From Acidimicrobiales bacterium (GTDB lineage Bacteria; Actinomycetota; Acidimicrobiia; Acidimicrobiales; Aldehydirespiratoraceae): a DNA stretch of 64,000 nt. Positions 33,860 to 41,890 of the stretch are shown piece by piece. The translations under genes were made by a program, and so were the position numbers. Where the stretch lies: NCBI GenBank assembly GCA_965116965.1, contig OZ220743.1, positions 3,792,418 to 3,856,417 on the forward strand. Reading direction: 5' to 3'. The notes below the pieces were generated by a model. It saw nothing but the letters and a program-made list of their open reading frames with translations. It was not told the DNA's origin and did not search any database. Numbering within the stretch: position 1 is the first letter of the stretch; every line of letters begins with the position of its first letter.

Positions 33860-34797
33860 GCACGACTGACCCGCCTCGCTGGAGCGGAGCTGAGTTCGCG
33901 GAACAGCTCGCGACGGCGTCAGCCGCGTTCCGCGAGGAACGGCTTCGGGAGCCAGTCGAGCAATACAGAGAAATCTTCGACGGGTACGCCGCACGCGTGA
34001 GAGCGCTGCTAACCGGAACCAAGAACTTGACAAGCTGGGACGACGCCTTAGAGATCGCTCTCCAAGAGGATGTAGGGCTGGACGCGCTGCGATACCTAGC
34101 AGGCCCACCGATCTCCGCCGACGACCTCAAGACTCTCGCCGAGGCCTCGCTGGCTTCAAGCCGGCTGCGCGGGGATCCTGAAATGGCAGCACGAGTTCTC
34201 GACGTTGTGCTGAAGAGTCTTGACGCCAAGCGCTTCCCATGGGTGGCCGAACACCGCAGTCCCGACGAAGCGGAACTAAGTGCAGCGTCATTGGCATCGG
34301 CGAGCCTCATGGCGATGCAGCGGGTACTCACAGACCGAAAGAACGTTGCGAAGACCAGGCAGGAGAGACAAGTAGCCGACTTCCTGACGGAGATCGGACT
34401 CACTGAAGTTGACCGGCGGGCAATCAGCACCCACTCGGACGCTCCAGATCGCGGATCGTTCTGCGGGGAGAGCTTGTTCGGCGAGGACAAGGCGGACCTC
34501 ATCGCGCACTTGTTCGACGGTCGCCTCATGCCGATCGAATGCAAGGTGTCGAACTCGGCGACGAACTCCGTCAAGCGGCTGAAGGAGGCGTACAACAAGG
34601 CGGCGCGCTGGTTGGATGCGTTCGGCAAGCGCCAGACCGTTCCGGCCGCGGTCCTGTCGGGCGTGTTCAAACAGCACAATCTTGCTCAAGCACAGGAAAC
34701 TGGCTTGACGATCTTCTGGGCACACAACCTGGAGCCGCTGGGCGAGTTCATAGGGTCCACAGCAGACCTGGCTCACAGTAGTGGGACCACGCAATGA
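33856..34797 (+). CDS. type II restriction endonuclease, XamI-like (PD-(D/E)xK)
   Basis: ATGA overlap with the methyltransferase stop. 'ADLIAHLFDGRLMPIECKVSNSATNSVKRL...VLSGVF...AQ..GLTIFWAH' resembles the RE_XamI family core and contains a D...E-x-K signature. Confidence 0.6.
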   Translation: MSTTDPPRWSGAEFAEQLATASAAFREERLREPVEQYREIFDGYAARVRALLTGTKNLTSWDDALEIALQEDVGLDALRYLAGPPISADDLKTLAEASLASSRLRGDPEMAARVLDVVLKSLDAKRFPWVAEHRSPDEAELSAASLASASLMAMQRVLTDRKNVAKTRQERQVADFLTEIGLTEVDRRAISTHSDAPDRGSFCGESLFGEDKADLIAHLFDGRLMPIECKVSNSATNSVKRLKEAYNKAARWLDAFGKRQTVPAAVLSGVFKQHNLAQAQETGLTIFWAHNLEPLGEFIGSTADLAHSSGTTQ

Positions 34798-34895
34798 CGG
34801 AGGCTGGGCACCCCTGCCGCAATTGTGGTAGCTGACCGAGATGCGAGGAGGTCAAGCAGGCCACGCATGGTTAGATCTATAGCCCTTTACATGAT

Positions 34896-34924
34896 TTGAC
34901 AGACTATTTCATGTGTGTCAGAAT
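34896..34924 (+). promoter_or_regulatory. candidate sigma70-type promoter for the m5C methyltransferase operon
   Basis: TTGACA (34896-34901), 17 nt, CAGAAT (34919-34924), in an AT-rich gap. Overlaps the short inverted repeat TGACA...TGTCA. Confidence 0.3.
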
Positions 34925-35006
34925 GATCTAGAGCGTTCGTCCCCTGCGAGATCCACTTCGTCGGCTACTACCGTGCTCAACCTCCGCTGGGAAAGGGAAC
35001 CACCAA

Positions 35007-35942
35007 GTGATCCACCCGAGTTCACGCCCGGTTGCTGCGATCGACCTCTTTTGCGGCGCGGGCGGACTCTCGTATGGCCTAGAGGCAGCCGGCGTGAACG
35101 TGCTTGCCGGCGCCGACATCGATCCATCCTGTCGATACCCGTTCGAGGTGAACATCGAGGGCGCGAGGTTTCTTGAACGAGACGCCTGCCTCCTTGCGCC
35201 GGAGGAACTCGTCGAGATCTGGCCTCAGGACTCCCTCAGGCTCCTCGCAGGCTGCGCTCCGTGCCAGCCCTTCTCCCCCTATCAGCGCGGTCGCGGGACG
35301 CCCAGTGACTCTAGATGGCCCTTGCTTCGCGAGTTCGGTCGCCTGGTGAAGGCCACCCAGCCAGAACTCGTGACAACTGAGAACGTGCCACGGTTGATGG
35401 GTACCTCAGTCTTCAAGGCCTTCGTCGAACTCTTGCTTGACCTCAACTATTCGATTGCGTACCGCACATGCAACTGTGCCGACTATGGCTTGCCGCAGAA
35501 GCGCAGGCGATTGGTGCTCATCGCATCCAGGCTCGGACCGATAGACATCCCAGACGGCCATCTCTCGGGATTGCAGCCCAGAACGGTAGGCGACGCAATA
35601 CGTCGCTTACCTCCGATTGCGTCCGGAGAGGCTGACGCCGCCGACGCGCTTCACCGCAGCAGAACGTTGCAGGAGATCAATCGACGACGAATACAGGCAT
35701 CAGTACCAGGAGGAAGTTGGTACGACTGGCCTGAGGAGTTGCGAGCTCCGTGTCATCGCCGGGCGAGTGGCAGAAGGTTCAGGAATGTGTATGCACGGAT
35801 GTCGTGGGATGAACCAGCACCCACCCTCACCACCTACTTCCACAATTTTGGTGCTGGGCGGTACGGCCATCCCGAGCAAGATCGGGCCATCTCAATCCGC
35901 GAGGGCGCAATGCTGCAAGGTTTTCCGGCGCTTCGCGTTTGA
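35007..35942 (+). pseudogene. DNA (cytosine-5)-methyltransferase, 5' part (motifs I-IX), interrupted by IS insertion after codon 306
   Basis: GTG 35007. 'DLFCGAGGLSYG' (I), 'GCAPCQPFS' (IV), 'TTENVP' (VI), 'QKRRRLVLIA' (VIII), 'REGAMLQGFP' (IX). The last 5 codons (ALRV*) derive from the IS left end. Confidence 0.85.
35919..35926. repeat. 8-bp target-site duplication, left copy (GGTTTTCC)
   Basis: An identical octamer flanks the other IS end at 37341-37348. Confidence 0.8.
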
Positions 35943-37340
35943 GGTCGGAGTGGGGGCGGTAGGGGTCCGCGGCTGAACGCGAGGGATCCCCCAGAATCGG
36001 CGCTTCCGAACAGCCGAGGTCTGGAGGATCCCTGTGGAGTGCGACCCTACGCGCGTGTGCGAGTTGTTGGTGGGACTGGGAGATGTGGAGGTGCTCGGCG
36101 TCGACGACGAGGCGGGCGCGCCGCTGCGGGTGCACATACGCTGTCGGGCGCCGCGGCCTGGCTGTGAGCGTTGCGGCGGTGCGCTGTGGTCTGACGGCGA
36201 ACGGGAGGTGGAGCTGGTGGATCTGCCGGTGTTCGGCCGGCCGGCGCGGCTGGTGTGGCACAAGCGCCGCTGGCGCTGCGGGGATCCCGACTGCGCGGCG
36301 GGGACCGTGACCGAGCAGGACCGCGAGATCGCGCCCGAGCGCGAGAGACTGACGACGCGCGCGGGGCGCTGGGCGACGCGCCAGTCCGGGCAGGGCCGGC
36401 CCCACAGCGATGTCGCCACAGAGCTCGGGTGCAGCTGGCACCCGGTGAACGAGTCGGTGCGCCGCTGGGGCTCTGCGCTGCTCGAGGCCGACACCGAGCG
36501 CATCTGCGATGTGGTCGCGCTCGGCCTCGACGAGCACCTGATGTGGCGCCGCGGCCGGTTCCGGACCAAGGCCTGGGCCACCGGCATCGTCGACATCGGC
36601 CGGGGCCAGCTCCTCGACATAGTCCCAGGCCGCACCGCACAGGCGCCCACACAGTGGCTGCTTGCGCGGCCCCGCCGCTGGCTGGCCGGCGTCCGCTGGG
36701 CGGTGCTGGACCTCTCAGGCCCCTACCGAGCCGCGTTCGACGCAGCAGTGCCCCACGCCGAGCAGGTCGCGGACCCGTTCCACGTCGTGCGGCTGGGCAA
36801 CGACGCCCTCGACGAGGTCCGCCGCAGAGTCCAACAGCAGACCCTCGGCCACCGCGGCCACAAACACGACCCGCTGTATCGGGCCCGCAAGCTGCTGGTC
36901 TCCGCGTCCGAGAAGATCACCGAGCAAGGCCGCGTCCGGCTGCGGGGCCTGCTCGACGCAGGAGACCCCTACGGCGAGGTCCGCGACGCCTGGCACCGCT
37001 GAAGAGACCCTCCGCTCGATCTATGACATCGACGACACCGAAGTGGGCGCAGCCACCGTCGCCCGCCTCGCCCAGGACCTCCAGGACCCCGCCATGCCCG
37101 CCGAGATCAACCGGCTCGGCCGCACCCTGTGGCGCTGGCGCACCCAGATCGCCAACTGGCACACCGCCCGGGTCACCAACGCCGCCGCCGAAGCCGCCAA
37201 CAACCTCATCAAACGCGTCAAACGCGCCGCGTTCGGGTTCACCAACTTCGCCAACTACCGAATCCGAGCCCTCCTCTACGCCGGCAGACCCAACTGGACA
37301 CTGCTCGACACCCTCACTCCGACCTGATTCGCGAAGAGCC
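35927..37340 (+). mobile_element. ISL3-family insertion sequence (1,414 bp)
   Basis: About 30-bp imperfect terminal inverted repeats (GGCGCTTCGCGTTTGAGGTCGGAGTGGGGG versus the reverse complement of the right end GGCTCTTCGCGAATCAGGTCGGAGTGAGGG, 25/30), an 8-bp direct repeat and an ISL3-type transposase ORF. Confidence 0.85.
36034..37327 (+). pseudogene. ISL3-family transposase, frameshifted near 36997
   Basis: 322-aa ORF (zinc-ribbon 'CERCGG...RRWRCGDPDC', HTH, DDE region) stops at 37000-02. The rest ('ETLRSIYDI...NWHTARVTNAAAEAANNLIKRVKRAAFGFTNFANYRIRALL') continues in the +1 frame. One extra C in 'caccgct' explains the shift. Confidence 0.8.
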
Positions 37341-37496
37341 GGTTTTCCTGCAAATTATGACTTTGTGGAGCCTGGGTCGCCAATCAGTTACACCACTCTC
37401 GGCAGACTGATCGGCAACGCCGTTCCTCCGCCGCTTGGAGCAGCGATTGGAAGAACCATCATCAAGCACATCGGAGGTATGAGCAAGAATGACTGA
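37341..37496 (+). pseudogene. DNA (cytosine-5)-methyltransferase, 3' part (motif X) displaced by the IS
   Basis: 'GFPANYDFVEPGSPISYTTLGRLIGNAVPPPLGAAIGRTI...' contains motif X 'GNAVPP'. Removing the IS and one TSD copy restores a 355-codon ORF (35007..35926 + 37349..37496). Confidence 0.85.
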
Positions 37497-39507
37497 AGAC
37501 CACATGTACACAATGACTGTGGATTTCGCGATCGTTGAGTCCTTGGGAATCAATCTCTATAGCAACGCCGCTGCCGTACTCTCTGAACTGGTTGCGAATG
37601 CATATGACGCCGATGCGACCGTCGTCCAGATCACATGGAAGACTGATGATGCCCAGGATGTCGTAGAGATCATCGACAATGGTTGCGGAATGGATATCAC
37701 TAACATCAACAAGAAGTTCCTCGTTACCGGGTATAAGAAACGAGAGAACGAAGGTAACGTATCACAAGAATGGGAACGCCCTTTCATGGGGCGCAAAGGG
37801 ATCGGCAAGTTATCTGTCTTCTCAATTGCGCGACATGTCCAAGTCTATTCTTCAAAGACCGGCTCCGATAGTCTCGGATTAGAGATTCGTATCGAGGAAC
37901 TCGAGAAACGAATCAAGGCGAAGAAGCCCTACCATCCTGATCCCATTGAGGTTCCAGGGGAGTATCGTAGCAAAGACACGAGAATAGTACTAAGAAACCT
38001 AAAGCGCAAGCGCGCCGATTTGACGGTAGCAGCCTTGCGCAAGCGACTAGCCCGACGCTTTGACGTTCTTGATCAAACTCCTCCATCAGAGGGCGGTTTC
38101 AAGATCCAAATCAACGGTGAAGACGTTACGTACGCCGATCGTCAAGAACTCAAGAGACTGGAGTATATTTGGGAGTTCGGCCACGAGTCTCTTCCAGTTG
38201 AGGCGTTACCAGCTGACATCGTCAGGTTCACACTCCCCAACAAGATTGTGCAACCTGGAAAGGACTGGGTTATCGATGGCTGGATAGGAACAGCTCGCGT
38301 ACCCTCGGACCTTACCGCTGACAAAGAAGCGGGATCGCTGAAGAACATCATTGTGCTCGCGAGAAAGCGTCCGATCCAGGAGGGCATCATCGACAAACTA
38401 GACTTCTCGAGGGTCTTTGGTAACTATGTCACAGGCCAAATCGAGGCAGATTTCTTAGATCAAGAGGGTGAGGACGATATTGCAACTAGTGACAGGCAAC
38501 GGCTTATTGAAGATGATCCACGAGTTCAGGCTCTCCAAGAGTTTCTTCGCGATGCGTTTTCGAAGGCGTCAGATACATGGAATAGCGTGCGGCCCAGGCG
38601 AAAAGCGAAAGATGCATTCGCCGATAACCCAAAGCTCCGAGAGTGGGTAGACGGACTGCCCCCGTGGCAACAAGGGTCAGCCGAGAAGCTAATTGGAACG
38701 ATTGCAGCACTCCCGATGGAAAAGGGACGAGAACAAGCTCACCGAAGTGACTTGTATCGCGCAGGCATACTGGCATTCGCTAGGATTGGCTTGAGACAGA
38801 CCAGTGAAGATCTAAGCACCTTGAGTGACTTTAATGCAGAGGAACTGTTGCGATTGTTGGGGGCCCAAGACGAATATGAAGAAGCACTCTGGGTCGATAT
38901 CTTGAAGTCACGTGTACAGGCAATTCAACAATTCGAGAACCTCACGAGCACTGACGAGAAAGAGGAGGTCCTACGCAACCACCTATTTGATCACTTGTGG
39001 CTCCTGGATGCCTCATGGGAAAGAGCTACCGGTGATCCCAAGATGGAGGAGGATCTCCGGAAGGTTGATCCCGAACTGTTTCCTGTAGACGCCGAAGGCA
39101 AGGAGATTCGCGGACGCATGGACCTTAGATTTGCTAAGGCGACTGGTGTCCATATCATTGTGGAACTCAAGCGGTATTCCAGAAGGATGAAGATTGAAGA
39201 TCTGGTTTCGCAGGGTCGAAAATACCGCGCAGGTGTTGAGAGCATTTTAACTCAACAAGGAGAGAAGTTCCCGCGCATTGAGGTGGTATTCGTCATAGGC
39301 TCTAAGCCGCGCGTTTCAGATCTCGGTAGATTCTCTACGGATCATGAGGCTATCGAATACGCACTCTATGCGATCGCAGGCCGGTACGTCCTCTATGATG
39401 AACTGATCGCGAGTGCTTGCAAGCGATACGATGACTACTTCAACGCGAGCAGGAAGGCTCGTGAGTTGGATGATGTCTTGAACTCCTTGATCCCGAGCGA
39501 ATCGTGA
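37489..39507 (+). CDS. GHKL-superfamily ATPase (HATPase_c_3 / MORC-MutL-like) fused to a C-terminal PD-(D/E)xK nuclease-like domain
   Basis: 672 aa. Bergerat motifs 'ELVANAYDA' (N37, D40), 'DNGCGM' (63-68) and 'GRKGIGKLS'. C-terminal 'HLWLLDASWE...GRMDLRF...HIIVELKRY' (D545, E559-x-K561). ATG 37489 overlaps the methyltransferase stop (ATGACTGA). Clearly A/T-richer codon usage than the neighbours. Confidence 0.8.
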   Translation: MTEDHMYTMTVDFAIVESLGINLYSNAAAVLSELVANAYDADATVVQITWKTDDAQDVVEIIDNGCGMDITNINKKFLVTGYKKRENEGNVSQEWERPFMGRKGIGKLSVFSIARHVQVYSSKTGSDSLGLEIRIEELEKRIKAKKPYHPDPIEVPGEYRSKDTRIVLRNLKRKRADLTVAALRKRLARRFDVLDQTPPSEGGFKIQINGEDVTYADRQELKRLEYIWEFGHESLPVEALPADIVRFTLPNKIVQPGKDWVIDGWIGTARVPSDLTADKEAGSLKNIIVLARKRPIQEGIIDKLDFSRVFGNYVTGQIEADFLDQEGEDDIATSDRQRLIEDDPRVQALQEFLRDAFSKASDTWNSVRPRRKAKDAFADNPKLREWVDGLPPWQQGSAEKLIGTIAALPMEKGREQAHRSDLYRAGILAFARIGLRQTSEDLSTLSDFNAEELLRLLGAQDEYEEALWVDILKSRVQAIQQFENLTSTDEKEEVLRNHLFDHLWLLDASWERATGDPKMEEDLRKVDPELFPVDAEGKEIRGRMDLRFAKATGVHIIVELKRYSRRMKIEDLVSQGRKYRAGVESILTQQGEKFPRIEVVFVIGSKPRVSDLGRFSTDHEAIEYALYAIAGRYVLYDELIASACKRYDDYFNASRKARELDDVLNSLIPSES

Positions 39508-39619
39508 CATCCGTACCCTCAAGACGCTGACTGGAACCGAGTGGCCCACAGCGCCGAAAAGAGCAACCTCTCTCGACCCACCGGTTGATCGTTCGGGGCC
39601 GAACGAATAGGGTTGAGGC

Positions 39620-40453
39620 GTGGCTGAGCTTCAGGGGTTCATGTACCCGAGGACACCGACCGGGGCAGCGGGCATCGTGCCTGCGCCGCCCTGGCACTAC
39701 TCCGGCGACATGTTGACGGTGGAGTACCGCACCGACCCGGACCGGGTGGCCGAACTGCTGCCCGAGCCGCTGGAGCCCGCCGACACCGACCCCGGCGCGG
39801 TGGCCATGATCTGGGCCGAGTGGCAGAGCTGCGGCGACACCTTCGAGGAGTTGCTCGACCCGGTGCGGGCCCAGTACCGGGAGGTGTTCGCGGTGGTGCG
39901 CTGCAAGTTTCGGGGCTCCACCTACAGCCGGGCGGCCTACATCTGGGTTGACAAGGACTTCGCCATGGCCAGGGGCCACTTCCAGGGCTACCCCAAGAAG
40001 ATGAGCGAGATCGCCATGACTCGGCCGGTGACCGCGGGACGGGCCGGGCCGCGCCTGGAGGTGGGCGGCCGCTTCGGAGCGACTCTCAGCACCTGGGGAC
40101 GGCGCATCGCCGAGGCCCGGTTCACGATCACCGGCACCGCCGACACCCCCGGCTTCGTCAACGGCCACCCCATGCTGCACAGCCGCCAGATGCCGTCCAT
40201 CGAGGCCGACGGGGACGACTCGCTCGACGAGCTGGTCACCATGCGGGGCTACGACGCCGACTTAGGGCCGGTGTACGCGGGTGACGCCGAGCTGGTCCTG
40301 CCCGAGTGCCCCACCGAGGAGCTGCACCGCCTGCCGCCCATCGAGATGATCGGCGGCTACTACCGCCAGATCGGCATGTCCATGGCCGGGGGCACGACCC
40401 TGTGGGCCGCCCCCAACCCCAGAGGCCGAGCGAACATCCGCGAATCATCATGA
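39620..40453 (+). CDS. acetoacetate decarboxylase (ADC) family protein
   Basis: 'PAPPWHYSGDMLTVEYRTDPDRVAELLPEPLEP' and the following beta-cone-like sequence are typical of the ADC family. GTG start. Confidence 0.75.
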   Translation: MAELQGFMYPRTPTGAAGIVPAPPWHYSGDMLTVEYRTDPDRVAELLPEPLEPADTDPGAVAMIWAEWQSCGDTFEELLDPVRAQYREVFAVVRCKFRGSTYSRAAYIWVDKDFAMARGHFQGYPKKMSEIAMTRPVTAGRAGPRLEVGGRFGATLSTWGRRIAEARFTITGTADTPGFVNGHPMLHSRQMPSIEADGDDSLDELVTMRGYDADLGPVYAGDAELVLPECPTEELHRLPPIEMIGGYYRQIGMSMAGGTTLWAAPNPRGRANIRESS

Positions 40454-40519
40454 GAGTTCTCAGGGCATCGAGCGAGGCCGTGGCCCGAGCGGCCCGTGAG
40501 CGAAGCGAACAAGAGCGGG
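40418..40519 (+). repeat. dispersed ~100-nt repeat, copy 1 (48-nt invariant core 40472-40519)
   Basis: Core gcgaggccgtggcccgagcggcccgtgagcgaagcgaacaagagcggg is identical in copies 1, 2 and 4. The 5' arm supplies the last codons and the TGA of the ADC-family gene. An 8-bp stem hairpin (agagcggg...cccgctct) follows. Confidence 0.85.
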
Positions 40520-40580
40520 AGACACAACATCGCAGCGCGACCCGCTCTGAATCCGTGCACGCTCGCGCGGGAGCCGGTTC

Positions 40581-41861
40581 ATGAGCACAGTGACGGCCGC
40601 GTTCGTGGACGGCTACCTGGACGACCACGGCCACGACGACGCCGACCTGTCCTCGCACGATTCGTTCACCTCCGGGGTGCCCCACGCCACCTTCAGCCGG
40701 CTGCGCCGCGAGGACCCGGTGCACTGGACGCCCGAGGCCGGCGGCTCCGGCTTCTGGTCGGTGACCCGCTACCACGACGCCCTGGCCGTGAGCCGCGACG
40801 TCGAGACGTTCACCTCCAGCCGGGGCATCCGCCTCGAGGAGATGGACGACGACGAGCTCGAGGCCCGCCGCACGATGATGGAGCTCGACCCGCCCGAGCA
40901 CACCCGGCTGCGGCGGCTCGTCAACCGGGGATTCACCCGCCGCACCGTCGAGTCCTACGAGGACTCCATCCGGGCCCTGGCCGCCGAAGTGCTCGACGAG
41001 GCCCTCGCCGCCGACGCCTTCGACTTCGTCACCGAGGTGGCGGCCAAGCTGCCCATGCGGATGCTGGGCCGGCTGCTGGGCACCAGCGACGCCGACGGCC
41101 ACCAGCTCGTGGAGTGGGGCGACGCCTTCCTGGGCAACAGCGACCCCGAGTTCACCACCCATGTGATCGACACGGCCGACACCGAGGAGTACCGGCTCAT
41201 GCCGTTCCGCAGCCCGGCCGCCATCGAGGTGTTCGACTACGCCGAGCGCCAGGCCGTGGAGCGCCGGGCCTGCCCCCGCAACGACGTGATCACCCAGCTG
41301 CTGGCCCCCACCCGCGACGGCGAGCCCCTCAGCGACCTGGAGTTCAAGAACTTCTTCACCCTGCTCATCGCGGCGGGCAACGACACCACCCGCTACACCA
41401 TGACCCACGGCTTGCGGACCATGATGCTCCACCCGAGCCTGTGGCAGGCCTGGCGGGCCGACCCGTCGCTCACCGCGACGGCAGTGGAGGAGATCCTGCG
41501 CACCAGCGCGGTGACCATGCACTTCCGCCGCACCGCCACCCGTGAAGTCACCCTCGGCGGGAAGAACATCGCGGCCGGCGACAAGGTGGTGATGTGGTTC
41601 TGCTCCGCCAACCACGACGACGACGGGTTCCCCCATCCCTGGCGCTTCGACCTGGCCCGTGACCCCAACGACCACATGGCGTTCGGGCGCAACGGCCCCC
41701 ATCTGTGCCTGGGAGCGTGGCTGGCCCGCATGGAGGCCCGCCTGGTGTTCGAGGAACTCATGAAGCGGGTCGAGCGCCTCGAACCCGACGGCGAGCCCCA
41801 GTACCTGCGCTCCAACTTCATAGCCGGCATCAAGCACCTGCCCGTCCGGGTGGTGGCATGA
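40581..41861 (+). CDS. cytochrome P450
   Basis: I-helix 'AAGNDTT', 'EEILR' (ExxR) and heme loop 'FGRNGPHLCLGAWLAR'. Confidence 0.9.
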   Translation: MSTVTAAFVDGYLDDHGHDDADLSSHDSFTSGVPHATFSRLRREDPVHWTPEAGGSGFWSVTRYHDALAVSRDVETFTSSRGIRLEEMDDDELEARRTMMELDPPEHTRLRRLVNRGFTRRTVESYEDSIRALAAEVLDEALAADAFDFVTEVAAKLPMRMLGRLLGTSDADGHQLVEWGDAFLGNSDPEFTTHVIDTADTEEYRLMPFRSPAAIEVFDYAERQAVERRACPRNDVITQLLAPTRDGEPLSDLEFKNFFTLLIAAGNDTTRYTMTHGLRTMMLHPSLWQAWRADPSLTATAVEEILRTSAVTMHFRRTATREVTLGGKNIAAGDKVVMWFCSANHDDDGFPHPWRFDLARDPNDHMAFGRNGPHLCLGAWLARMEARLVFEELMKRVERLEPDGEPQYLRSNFIAGIKHLPVRVVA

Positions 41862-41890
41862 TGCTGCCCAACTAGCGGGAGACTTGAACC

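Noticed and set aside
36255-37496. 413-aa ORF spanning the IS right half and running into the methyltransferase 3' fragment
   Set aside because: It is an alternative frame of the transposase gene with a Pro/Arg-rich product. It only becomes meaningful in its last ~50 codons, which are the displaced motif-X end of the m5C methyltransferase. The apparent fusion is an artefact of the insertion.
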